Assembly: GCA_030141605.1 (NCBI GenBank)
Contig: JAQGDQ010002375.1
Coordinates: 124,001-188,000, forward strand
DNA: 64,000 nucleotides
From: Tubiluchus corallicola
Taxonomy: Eukaryota; Animalia; Priapulida
Reading direction: 5' to 3'
Shown here: positions 28,271-38,095 of the stretch, piece after piece
Layout of the letters: each line of letters begins with the position of its first letter
Position numbering within the stretch: the stretch's first letter is position 1
The notes under the pieces: model-generated
Database searches by the model: none
What the model saw: the letters and a program-made list of their open reading frames with translations, nothing else
What the model was told of the DNA's origin: nothing
Made by a program: the position numbers and the translations under genes

Positions 28271-31200
28271 TTAAAAGTCAAATGTTTATTATGAAATAGT
28301 CAAGCTAATATTATTACTACACTTGCAGAAAAAGAATCTTATCATATCTAGTCAACTATGCCAGCTAACCGACTAACATGAAGTGAAAGAATATCTAACG
28401 GCATAAAAGCCCAGGTGCCGAGATGTTCTCACCTTTGCGAACGCCACATTCAAGTTCATCTCGTTTTCCAAGCTCTCCCTTGTAAGGATCTGATGTGGCT
28501 GACTGTGGCTCCACATGTGGCCAAACCAAGAAAACTTCGACGAGTGTGCTAATAATAATTGGAGAAATAAAAAATATAACTAACCGCTGCCAAGGAAAGA
28601 TTAACAGGCATGGTAATTAGACAAATTTGGTTCTTTGTTTTCATTGTGTCATTGTTTCTTCTTTCATTGTTTTGCTGTTCAGTTTGCCTGCAAACTCGTG
28701 TGCTTCTGTGGTAGAAGGATTTTGAGGAAAGACAAGGATGTTTTCCAGAAATGGTACAGGAACAAGGCCAGGTTAGTTATATAAATAAAGTAAAAATACC
28801 TACCTTTTAAGAGCTAATTACAGTCGCATGAGTTTCAATGCTTCATCTTTGCTTCCCAAAGCATTTTTGTTCTATCTTATATATATAGATACTTTTACGT
28901 ATCTCGTTATACATATTACAGTATTACTAGTACTATTTATAGTGTCGTTGTTGCTATATAAAAAAATTATTTATAGGTACTAACAGAATCTATTTTAGCT
29001 ATAACATTTACTTGTGCCTACATACTGCAAAACTTGGCTACAACTTAGTAATTAGTATCAGAACATATTTTCTACTAGTTGAGGAAATGCAAAAAATGAT
29101 CCTAAGCATTCACTTGGTTTTAGTTCAATTCAAAGAACTAATAAGTAAAATAAACAAAATTGATTGACCAAACTTGCTTAAAAAATAATGCATTTCAATG
29201 AAACAAAAAGTCAAATGCATAGTCTAGTTTGAAATAAAAAATGAAAAAATTAATCAATTGTCAAATTTTAGGAAGAAGACTTTGAGAAAAATGTGAGCCA
29301 ACCAAGATTTGTACCCAGTACCTTGAGGTTTCTGGGAACACTGCATGAATTTTTCTATTATTTACCAGAACTCAAAATTAAAATGCACTATTCTCTTCCA
29401 AAACAAAATTGTGATTTTTAATCGTGACCTGAAGGCAATAAATTAGCACTTTAATATTTTGGAACCACGTAATGAGTGTTAGATGCAAATAAACTCTAGC
29501 CACTGTTTACATTAGTTAGGCTAAATGTCCATTATGGAAAATTTCAGTTAACATGTGTATTTGGCACAATAGCAGAATAGCAAAAACAATACTGCATGCC
29601 AATGATTACAAGAAAGCAAAGTTAGCAAACAACTTTATATTTTTTCATTTTGTGATCAGAAATTAGACCCGGTGTGAAAGCTGTTTCATCACTTTCATGC
29701 TAGAAACAAATGTATAAATTACACATCTAAGGTTGTTACAAAAATTAGCAGTAAAGCCAAGTAGTTCAATTATATTTTGAATATAGTAATTTACAGTCAT
29801 TCCCTATCCAAAGTTACTTAACTTAACTAGTCTTTGTATGGTTTGCAACAGTTCATACATGACGTCTAGCCGCCAATTCACACACAATAAATGGCTTAGT
29901 TGTTTGGGGAACTAACTATAAATTATTAATATGTACTTACATTGTAATGGGCTTCTAAAAGCTTCTCATGCAGAAATTTGTACTTTAATGCATTTCCTTC
30001 AGCATAAAGTGCTGTAATACGGAATGGAGTAAAGAAAAAACCAAATCTACATAATCTAGTTCGAATAAACTTACCTTGGCCAACGAAGTCTAGGGTGGAT
30101 ATTTGGTAAATAAAAATTACGTTCGAATTAGTACGTACCTAACGCCAAGTCGCCAATGCTAACTAGTAAAACCATACTGGATGCTGACAAAGTAACTATG
30201 CCAATATCTGCCACCAAAGCTATCTTAGCTCTAAAAAGCTAACTGAGAGTGCTGCCACCTGTAATACCTGTGCAAACTGCAGATTCTTCTTCATGTGAAT
30301 TTGGAGGGTGGAGGATTCAAGGGAGTGGGGTTTGTAATGACTCCACATGTGCGGAAACCACGTGAAGTGATCTTTATGATCTGTAAAAAAACCTCCAGCA
30401 GTTCAGGTTCCGTATTGTTTACAAATTAGTTTTAATTATCTCATAATTGCGACTGGTTAAAGTAAGGCTTAATGAAATGAACCAGAATTTAAAGCAGAGG
30501 CACTAAGGCAAGTTGTCAAGGGAATTTTTATTATCACGCCTTAACTACACCCTTCAGATGATACTCAAACAGTCAATGTATTAGCTGGCTCTCTCTGTTA
30601 CGATGTCATAGTCCAAATAATCCAAATAACAGCAGATCCAAATATTACGCTAAAAACTCAAAATTATTATATTTTTAAAACCAAACTTGACTGACATAAA
30701 AATTGTGAAAAGCCAAGACTGAACTCAAGTTTGTAACAAGGACTTTCGTTTACATCCATCATCATCTCATAAGCAACGAGTCAGGACTGCGGAGTCGGTA
30801 CATCAAACTTCTGACTCTGGCTCTGACTCCGACTCCTAGAATTTTAGAAGATCCAACTCCGACTCTGACTCCAGCTCCTAAAATTTTAGATTCAACTCTG
30901 ACTCCGACTCCAACTCGTAAAATTTTAGGAACCCCAACTCCTGCCTTTAAGTAATAGTTTGTAGCACTCTCAATATTTAGATATAGTGTCATTTTGTCAC
31001 TACTTCTTATACTCGAAAAACAATCTAGCTGCATAGACACCAATGCAAAAGCATCCCAAAATGGGACGTTATGCATAAATTCGTTCAAAGTCCAAAGTAA
31101 CTGGAGTTTGAGTTTGTTTATTTTCTACTGATTATTCCAATTCTTCTAACAATAAGTATACTCAGGACTCCTGACTCCTGTCTTAACTTTTAACAACTGC

Positions 31201-33759
31201 AACTCCGACTCCTTTAGCACTGCTGCCTCCAACTCCACAGCCCTGCCGACAGTCCTGATTTTTTCGCATTCGCTTTCCGTTGACCGATTTTGTATTCGAG
31301 TACTACGGCTTGGAGAACATCACTTTGTCACCAATTCTCTTCATTTTTTGCACTGCTAATACTTAGGCAACTGGGCAATCAATGATAAAAGTATTAAGGA
31401 ATTGTTGAGGTTTCCAGGCTGTCTATTTGTTAAACTGAGTGAAATGTCCATTTGCTAAATCATGAGCAGTATCAAATTAGCAAAAATGTTAAAGTTGAAA
31501 AAACATCCAAAAATAGAGTGCTCAATCAACAACAACAGTTTTGCAACATGTTGTAATTAATGCTACATTATTGTTGTAGTTTATGATTATTTATGTTTAA
31601 AAAACATCGAATTCTGGCTTGAGATATTAACTAATCATAATGCTGATATATTGTTTTAAGTGGGCTAGCCCTCGTGACCTCGTCTCCATAACTTAAGCAA
31701 TATAAGAACACACGCTTAAAGTAACAGCTTTGCGAAAATTGCTACTTATAATAAACAGAGCAATTTGCAGCTCAAACCATAATGAAAACAGCAATAAAAA
31801 CTCAATAAAATTTGCTTTTGTACAAGGTAAACACTGGAAAGTATATGACCAAGCTTAACTATTCAAGGAACAGCTGTTAAAGTTTAGATGCAATATAACA
31901 GGGCTCACTTAAACAAGCTAGTAAAACTGTTAGCTTAAACATTTAAAGCATTCAAGCAGATTGAGCCAAACATTTTTTTAAATACCCTCAAAAAAAGAAA
32001 AATAGTAATTGATTTGCAAGCTGTAGCTTTTAAGTTGAAAAAATGTAAAATGTGCAAAAACAAAGAAGGAAAGACTCACGTTACGCCTACATCTACATAC
32101 AATATGGTAATTCATGGGACCATTAAGTTTAACATGTCTTAATTTTTTAATTCAAATTACTATTTAAATTCATCTTCTGCTGGGCATGACTTGTGTAAAA
32201 TCTTATGCTGATGTGGAGATCAATAAAAATTCATGCAGATCTCGGCTTATTACAATGTCATGCCAAATTACCAACCCAGAGTAACTGAAATAGAGCTCTT
32301 CTGCTTTTTTTCAGGGTTTTTAGACACACGATGCAGCAGCACAGATTTTGTGCAGGTTGCCAGTCTTCTGCTGTAGGTTTAAATAAGCAAGACACCTTGT
32401 CTAGCATTAACTGGCTTTCAAACCTAGCTTCCCTGTTGAAGTAAAATTTTACCTACTATTCTTTCATAAATAAACTGAATATTCAGAGTAAAATCAATGC
32501 TGTACGATGATTTTTATATAGCACATTCATTATACCTATTTTCTGAATTGTATTATAATCACAAAACATATTATCATAATTGATGATCCTAATAAATAAT
32601 GAGTTAAATTCGCTGGTAAATCAAATCCTACCTATTAATTCATCATCTCCTCGATTCTCCTCCTCGGTACCGGCATGAAAATATTTCCCAGAGAAACCCA
32701 AGTTGAACGTGAAACCGGGAACTCTCTGGCGTATTCTTTCTTGGGTGTCAACCAAAGCCTTAAGAGAAGCAAAAAATACTCGTATTAAAGTGAAAAATAG
32801 CCTAATAGGCTTTTCTTAAGTGGGAAATGAAAGTTTGGTTGAAAAATATGAACACAAACAATGTGAAAAATATCAATGCTGTTCATGTTTTTAAAAATAA
32901 CTAGTCAATTATTCACTAACACCTGAAAGCTCTTCATTTAAATTTAAGAATTTCAGGATTTGCTATGGCTAAACACTGAAACTGATAACTAGTGAAACTT
33001 AAGCTATACTGTCAAAAATGTTATTGGATAAGTGGCTATTTTAGTAATTCATTTTAAATGAGGCATAATTTCATATTAGTTTCAGTCATTAAATTGAAAT
33101 ATAAAAAAATAGCATGTTTCGGTGGTTTTACACGTTTGCCCAAATTAGTAGATAATGTTACAAAAAGCAAAGCACACGGGTTCAAAATGAATGCAGCAAA
33201 ACGCCAATTTGAAAGTTAATTTACTGACTGCAAACCCTAATGTAGGCAAGGAGGGAACCCACAAAGGCCTGGTTAATTTTTAATCCGTCACCATGGCAAC
33301 AAAAACTACCAAACAACCGCCGGCTGTGTTGTCAGATGAAATTAATCAATTGCTGGTTATTATTTAATATCGGGAAGCAGAAAGAAAAGCATGATGAATT
33401 TACATGCACGCTAATTAGCATACGCTAATGAGCCAGTGAATTATCCTATTCTGAACGCAATGCTATGCAAGATTCTATTCAATCTTTTCCAGATGGTTTT
33501 ACCTAAAGCACAGAAACACTAGTGTTTTGAATAACTAACTGTTAAAACGTTTGAACAACTAAATTTTTATCTAAGCTTTTTTCTATTTAGTAGACTCAGT
33601 ATTTTCAATGAGGCAATAATGCCTACAAATCTGGGACACTTACATTTTAAATTTTGGGGTTTTACTCTCTAAAAAATATTCCGGGACCTGCACAAAGAAG
33701 AGAATGTTCTGTACAAAAAAATAACACGATCACAAATTCCACGTTTAATAATATTAAAC

Positions 33760-33790
<31 letters not shown>

Positions 33791-36344
33791 TCCATTCAAC
33801 TAAAGCGGTAATTGAACATTAGAAATATATTCCCAGACAGCTATGCATCACATCACAATATTAAATCAAATATTGCACTCTGCATGCTGTGCTGTATTCC
33901 AAAAAAACTATTCACGCTTAACAGTTCTGCAATTCTAATCCAAGTTTCTAACATTACTTTTCCGGATTGCCACTGCATTTTAAATTACGGACATTCGAAA
34001 GCAATAACCATTTTGCCGGTCGATGTAGTTTACGAAAACAGCCGATAACGACGTTGTGGCTGCAGAAATGATGAAAGCGAGGAAAATTAATTGAGCATCA
34101 GCCATAAACTGATGAAAATATCAGAAAAATTGCCGTGTGACGTAAATGCTAAAGTCTGATAGCTTACATTCGGGTAATTTGAGTGGACTGCAAATGAAAA
34201 ATCATTTACCAATTTAGGTCTGGAATCTCAAAATTAATTTTTTAGTTTCCATCAAATTGTGCAGTCAAGCATTGTGAAACATTGGTAGCAATATTGACTA
34301 AGCTTTGCTTTAGGGGTAAAAAATTAAATAACATACATGAGAAAGCTTACATGGAACTACTGAATTTGGTTTGTCAACCATAAGGGATGAAGTCTGGACA
34401 ACCTTGACTACTGGGAAATACAGTGGCCAAGTTATCTAAGGCATATGCCTCATAAGTAGAATGTCGCTGGTTCAAATCCAGACTGTATTCCAACTTTTGC
34501 AGATTTCCTATTTTTCTAGATTGATCAAAATCTAATCTTAAAATTTAGTTTAATAGTAATCTTGGCATTACAATTATACTAACTGAGTTTAAATAACATT
34601 CACTGTCTACATGTAATTGTAATGTCTGACAGTTTGGACATCAAAATTCCATTTAAAAATGAAATTTACGAAATAAGAAAGATCAATTCGCCAAAAACAT
34701 GTATGTATCGTGCAGCATTCTGAATCCAACTGATACTAACCCGTACATCACTGGAGGTCATTCTCACTCCTTTCTCGCCAACAAAAATGTCGTCTACATC
34801 AACCAAGATGTATCTGAAACAATTACATGCAGGATTAATTTTTAGCACATCCTTACATTTACTGTAAGATAGTAACACTGTACACTAATGGCGCGTTCAG
34901 ACTAGTGAGTTTTCTGTCGCGATTTTTCTCTCTAACATCAAACTCGCAAATGTGAACTATCGAGCTACTATTTGCAAGTTATTTTAAACTCACTGACAGT
35001 TGCTGCGAGTTGATTTCCAGCAAGCTCCTGCCAGGTGTGAATGCCTCGGTGACTGTCAACTCGCGCTTACTCTCGGAGAGTAGCTCACAGCAAGTTTTGT
35101 TCTCTAAACTGAATACGCTTGCGAGTTACTTGAAGAGTTTTTTGGTGAGTTAACTAGACAAGAAAACTCGCTAGTCTGAATACACCATGAGAAATTCTTG
35201 TATACCTACAGTATATGCCACATATCAGTCACCAAGTCATGGAACTTTTCAACTTCCAATTGAACTTTTCAATTTCAAATTTTATAACTAATTTTGTCCA
35301 ATTGCCAGTTGGCTCCAGTCACAGAAATTTGAATGTGGCAGCTCATAACTACAGTACAGTACAGAAACAAATATTCATTTTAAAGTAATATCCTTTGCAA
35401 AAAGTCAGTCTCTGTTTAGCAGGATTTTCTTACCTGACAAATGGTGTTGACAGCTTTCCGTGCGACAAATAAGAAATTGCATCTAGAAATATTGGGCGAT
35501 GGAGCCAAAACTTGAAACCCTGCCCAAAAAAGATCCTACGCACACCGTCGAAGAATCCTTTGTCTTCTAACACTGTAGTCAAAAGTTCTTCAGTGCCATC
35601 AGTGTCCACATAGTGCTTAGAACGAGCAAATGCCACTGGCTCAAATGTCGAGTGATTAGTTTTGAAGACCGTCCACCTCCCGTGTTCGGGAATGGACCCA
35701 TGCTGAACTTCACCAGCACGCGTAATTCGCAGCACTTGTGAAAATGTGTTCAGCTCATAATCTCGAATAGGAACGTTCGTGTATACAGATAATGGATAGC
35801 CACGCAGTCGTGATCCGATAATTGTTTGCTCCCGATATGGGGCAAAATACAGGATACCTACATCATAATCTAGGCAATATTTATCTAACAAGTCTCTATT
35901 CCACTTATTCAAGCTAAAATAATGGTCCATGTTTTCAAACACAATAACAGCATATCTGCCTTTGTCTAAGTTAGTTAATACTGGCAAACTTTTACCCGCG
36001 ACATCCATCTTAAAGCGGAAACGATTCCACTCCAGTATCATCTTGATCTCCTGACCGAGCGAAGAGAGTGGAGTCTCTGTAAACACGAGCACTTTCGCAT
36101 CCACCCTCAGTTTGGCATTCGAATGGTGAGAGTTTGGCGGACGGGTTGACATCTGCGGACTGGTATTGCATTTGAATGTGGCTTCTAAGGGCACACGATT
36201 CCGAGATGTTTGGTAGATCAGCACCGCTGGCAGCACTGTGCTTAATATAAGCACAAGCACTACTGCCCCCTTGAGGGTAAAATGTTTGGTGATACGGCGA
36301 CATGTCATCTTCAACTGCAAACAACCGGGTATTCGACAGAACAT
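17199..36344 (-). CDS. NDST: Bifunctional heparan sulfate N-deacetylase/N-sulfotransferase (NDST/sulfateless orthologue); 14 coding exon positions, exon 4 in two alternative copies; ~873 aa (4A) or ~874 aa (4B)
   Basis: Exons join in frame with GT-AG introns: 35434-36344, 34741-34813, 32632-32758, [30268-30380 or 28433-28548], 27899-27994, 27135-27224, 26279-26407, 24540-24722, 23364-23581, 21975-22155, 20689-20859, 19522-19631, 19174-19305, 17199-17286. Summed lengths are 2622/2625 nt, both divisible by 3. NDST motifs occur in the expected order: N-terminal [36 protein letters not shown], VLPRQxCGLFTH, [47 protein letters not shown]. Confidence 0.96.
18290..18552 (-). mobile_element. tRNA-derived SINE, minus strand
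   Basis: Minus strand: A-box-like TAGCTAGTGGTAACG, GGGAGGTCGTGAGTTTGATAC, core CCATACCTAAATCTTTAAAAGTGGTACC, AATAAAG(ATT)n tail. Confidence 0.75.
18826..19065 (+). mobile_element. tRNA-derived SINE, plus strand (core resembles the MetaSINE domain as I recall it)
   Basis: A-box region GGCACAGCTCGGTGGTAGCG, B-box GGTTCAACTCC, core GAGTCATACCAAGGACTTAAAAAATGGTACC, (ATT)n-like tail. Confidence 0.8.
19174..19305 (-). CDS. NDST: NDST coding exon 13 ([10 protein letters not shown]...[28 protein letters not shown])
   Basis: 132 nt, TTATAG acceptor (two further in-frame acceptors 27 and 54 nt upstream), AG|GTAATG donor, phase 2-2. Confidence 0.93.
19305..19386. repeat. Three tandem 27-bp copies of the exon 13 splice acceptor
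   Basis: Minus strand TGTGTGTGTTTT(G/A)TTGTTAATTA(T/C)AG|G repeated, with exon starts at 19305, 19332 and 19359. Confidence 0.9.
19522..19631 (-). CDS. NDST: NDST coding exon 12 ([37 protein letters not shown])
   Basis: 110 nt, TTTTTGTAG acceptor, AA|GTATGT donor, phase 0 to 2. Confidence 0.93.
20689..20859 (-). CDS. NDST: NDST coding exon 11 ([11 protein letters not shown]...[23 protein letters not shown])
   Basis: 171 nt, TTTCTACAG acceptor, CAG|GTAAGT donor. Confidence 0.95.
21975..22155 (-). CDS. NDST: NDST coding exon 10 (YMDNFP...FEKSATYF...[12 protein letters not shown]); 3'-phosphate-binding motif
   Basis: 181 nt, TTAACAG acceptor, CAG|GTATGT donor, phase 2 to 0. Confidence 0.95.
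22962..23237. mobile_element. hAT-like MITE, degenerate
   Basis: Ends TAGTGCTGG / CCACCACTA, subterminal AATCG/CGATT repeats, flanks GTGTCAAA vs GTGTGAAC (6/8 match). Confidence 0.5.
23364..23581 (-). CDS. NDST: NDST coding exon 9 ([12 protein letters not shown]...[17 protein letters not shown]...[18 protein letters not shown]); start of sulfotransferase domain, 5'-PAPS-binding loop
   Basis: 218 nt, TTATAG acceptor, TG|GTAGGT donor, phase 0 to 2. Confidence 0.95.
24540..24722 (-). CDS. NDST: NDST coding exon 8 ([21 protein letters not shown]...EEDPVWQ)
   Basis: 183 nt, ATACAG acceptor, CAG|GTGCGT donor; overlaps ORF 24483-24710. Confidence 0.95.
25719..26050. mobile_element. Foldback MITE (long imperfect palindrome)
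   Basis: TAGAGGCATTTGTAA / TTACAAATGCCTCTA and GAGCTATAAATTTCCCTCCAA / TTGGAGGGAAATTTATAGCTC are nested inverted pairs. Confidence 0.8.
26279..26407 (-). CDS. NDST: NDST coding exon 7 ([43 protein letters not shown])
   Basis: 129 nt, TTACAG acceptor, GTATGT donor, phase 0-0. Confidence 0.95.
27135..27224 (-). CDS. NDST: NDST coding exon 6 ([30 protein letters not shown])
   Basis: 90 nt, TTGCAG acceptor, AAG|GTGGGG donor, phase 0-0. Confidence 0.95.
27899..27994 (-). CDS. NDST: NDST coding exon 5 ([32 protein letters not shown])
   Basis: 96 nt, TTTAG acceptor, AAG|GTAATT donor, phase 0-0. Confidence 0.95.
28433..28548 (-). CDS. NDST: NDST coding exon 4B, alternative ([39 protein letters not shown])
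   Basis: 116 nt, acceptor ATTATTAG after a T-rich tract, donor AAG|GTGAGA; phase 1 to 0; no stops; WFGHMWSH motif. Confidence 0.9.
30268..30380 (-). CDS. NDST: NDST coding exon 4A, alternative ([38 protein letters not shown])
   Basis: 113 nt, acceptor TTTTTTACAG, donor CAG|GTATTA; phase 1 to 0; no stops; WFPHMWSH motif. Confidence 0.88.
30782..31245. mobile_element. hAT-like non-autonomous element with (GACTCC)n subterminal repeats
   Basis: Ends CAGGACTGCGGAGTCGG / CCAACTCCACAGCCCTG; many ACTCCG/ACTCTG hexamers; source of ORF 30762-31088. Confidence 0.7.
32632..32758 (-). CDS. NDST: NDST coding exon 3 ([42 protein letters not shown])
   Basis: 127 nt, acceptor CTCTTAAG, donor G|GTAGGA; phase 0 to 1; conserved [10 protein letters not shown] motif. 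Confidence 0.94.
34417..34490 (+). pseudogene. tRNA-like element with CAT anticodon (tRNA pseudogene or SINE head)
   Basis: Acceptor stem AATACAG/CTGTATT, D-stem GCC/GGC, loop CTCATAA, T-arm CTGG-TTCAAAT-CCAG, then TTTT. It lacks the D-loop GG and has stem mismatches. Confidence 0.6.
34741..34813 (-). CDS. NDST: NDST coding exon 2 ([25 protein letters not shown])
   Basis: Acceptor TTTCAG, donor GTTAGT; phase 2 to 0; deacetylase DxDD motif. Confidence 0.95.
34888..35188. mobile_element. MITE with PIF/Harbinger-like TIRs
   Basis: ATGGCGCGTTCAGACTAGTGAGTTTTCT is inverted to AGAAAACTCGCTAGTCTGAATACACCAT. Confidence 0.75.
35434..36344 (-). CDS. NDST: NDST coding exon 1 (cytoplasmic tail, type II TM anchor, N-terminal domain)
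   Basis: ORF 35430-36359. First in-frame ATG at 36344 (MFCRIPG...), alternative ATG at 36308. Hydrophobic [19 protein letters not shown]; [10 protein letters not shown] and [10 protein letters not shown] motifs. Donor AG|GTAAGA (phase 2). Exon extends 5' as UTR to acceptor TTTTTTCAG, exon start 36537. Confidence 0.93.
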
Positions 36345-37604
36345 TGTGCAAGCTACCAAATTTCACATATTATAAAAATTTCAAACTCTTTTATGTTACA
36401 TATTTTAGTCGCAATTTACCAGAAGAAAGTACACAAGTTTACACAAGTATAATTCAACCACAGTCTATGACGTAAGATGACTTTGCCAAACACATGGTTA
36501 ATGCTTCAGTTCACTGTAAGGCATCCGGTGAGATTTTCTGAAAAAATAAGCAGAAACGTTTGTTAATAACTTTCTAAATTACATACGGCTGCCTGCATCA
36601 AGCACTGTATTCAATTCAATTCAATTCACTTTATCTGGCAATAAATGCAAAGTAGTTTTACAGAGTATTCATAAGTCGTCAAGTCGGTAATAAAACAAAT
36701 AGTTACAATGATTAATTCAAACAACAGTAAATGCTCTGGCGACCTAGGAAGCGAACTTCTGTAAGGCCATCAGTGTTAAAGACAATAGCAATGCAAACAT
36801 TTTCCATAAAAACATGTGCAAACTCATTATGAAACTAAGAGTACAGATCAGTAAATTTACTCAAATACTAAAGCAATTTGTGTGAAAGCACTGTTCTCAT
36901 CAAAGTTCGATAAGTTCTTTGGCTACTTAACTTGCATAAATTCTAAATAACTGTGTGTTTTCACTGTGTTTATTACTGTATTTTCCTTTACTTGAAAAAT
37001 AGGCTAGGCTCTTGAAACATAATGCAGTAAAACAAAATAGTATAATATAACCAAATAAACGAATATGAATCCGGAAACTGCTAAGCAAACAAAAAAATAT
37101 TTTCCCATCTAATGTGGCTAGTACCGTCTTTGATGCCTAAACTTTAAAAGTATCTTGCAACTTAAACTGCCGTTTTTAAATGAAATCTTTGACGCAATTA
37201 TACGAAAATTCACAAGCATCTATGTCCACAACAGATTCACTGTCTCTTGACATTTCTAAAGTTAATTTAAACAGGATTTCTTGCGATTCATAAAGCTTCC
37301 CTGAACTTTCTAGCAAGTCTTCTAAAATAAATCACGTCACGCCACCAACAGGGATAATCTAATCGCACTTTTAGAAAAAAAACTACACAAGCTTTCCGCA
37401 CACACAGAGGAAAACAGTTTTCTCTCTGTTCAAAAGTAAGCAAGCTGTCAAGGATGGTGATGAGTTACACCAGCATAAAATAAAGAAAGCATGGTTGCCT
37501 GAAAACAGGATGATTTTTCACATCCTACCCACTCTGAAGTGCAGTAAAAAGTACACATTTTAACACCAATAATACTGCAAATGCATTTCTAATAATTAAA
37601 CAAT

Positions 37605-38095
37605 AGATTAAAATCTTAGTTAACGGCGAGAAAGCCTAACCAATGATGACATCACAAATGAACATAATTTTCAACAGCAAAAAAATTCCAAGAGTGTGTT
37701 GCACGTGTTTGCAAACGCGAAAATTGAAGTACACTGCTACTGAACAACATTCAATGTGTTATACTGAAACTCGGCAGAGTTTAATATAAAAATTCAAATT
37801 TAAAATTTACCGCTGTCATGCACAAGCTGTTGAAAGCGCGCAATTCTTCACAAACGAACATCTTTGAACTGAGAGGTACAGCATCTGTTTTTAGTTACGT
37901 GTTTCTGAAGGAGCTAGTTCCCATCTAACTAACGAAAAACATGTAACAGCGAAGAACTAGCTGCCAACGCGAAATTGCGTTTGTGTGGTGATAATTGGTC
38001 ATTCTTGAAAAAAAAAACAGTATGTTCCCTTTCAATGTTTTAAAGAGTAAACTGTTTTGACCTAGGGTTTAAGAATGGGACCGGTTTTCCTTTAA
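37605..38095. mobile_element. Dispersed repeat (non-autonomous DNA element); related copies at ~53870-54250 and ~27495-27651
   Basis: GACATCACAA(A/G)TGAACATAATTTTCAACAGCA is shared with 53917+. CGTTTGTGTGGT...TCATTCTTGAAAAAA...TGTTTTGACCTA...TTTTCC(C/T)TTAA is shared with 27530+. Confidence 0.75.

Noticed and set aside
30762-31088. GVGVRV-repeat ORF
   Set aside because: Translation of the hexamer repeats of a hAT-like element.
30381-32631. Search for further copies of exon 4
   Set aside because: No additional HMWSH-coding sequence (CCACATGTG on the plus strand) was seen. A candidate near 31300-31353 hits a stop.
36010-36366. 118-aa overlapping ORF in NDST exon 1
   Set aside because: Starts at GTG, lies in an alternate frame of a conserved exon and has no recognisable motif.
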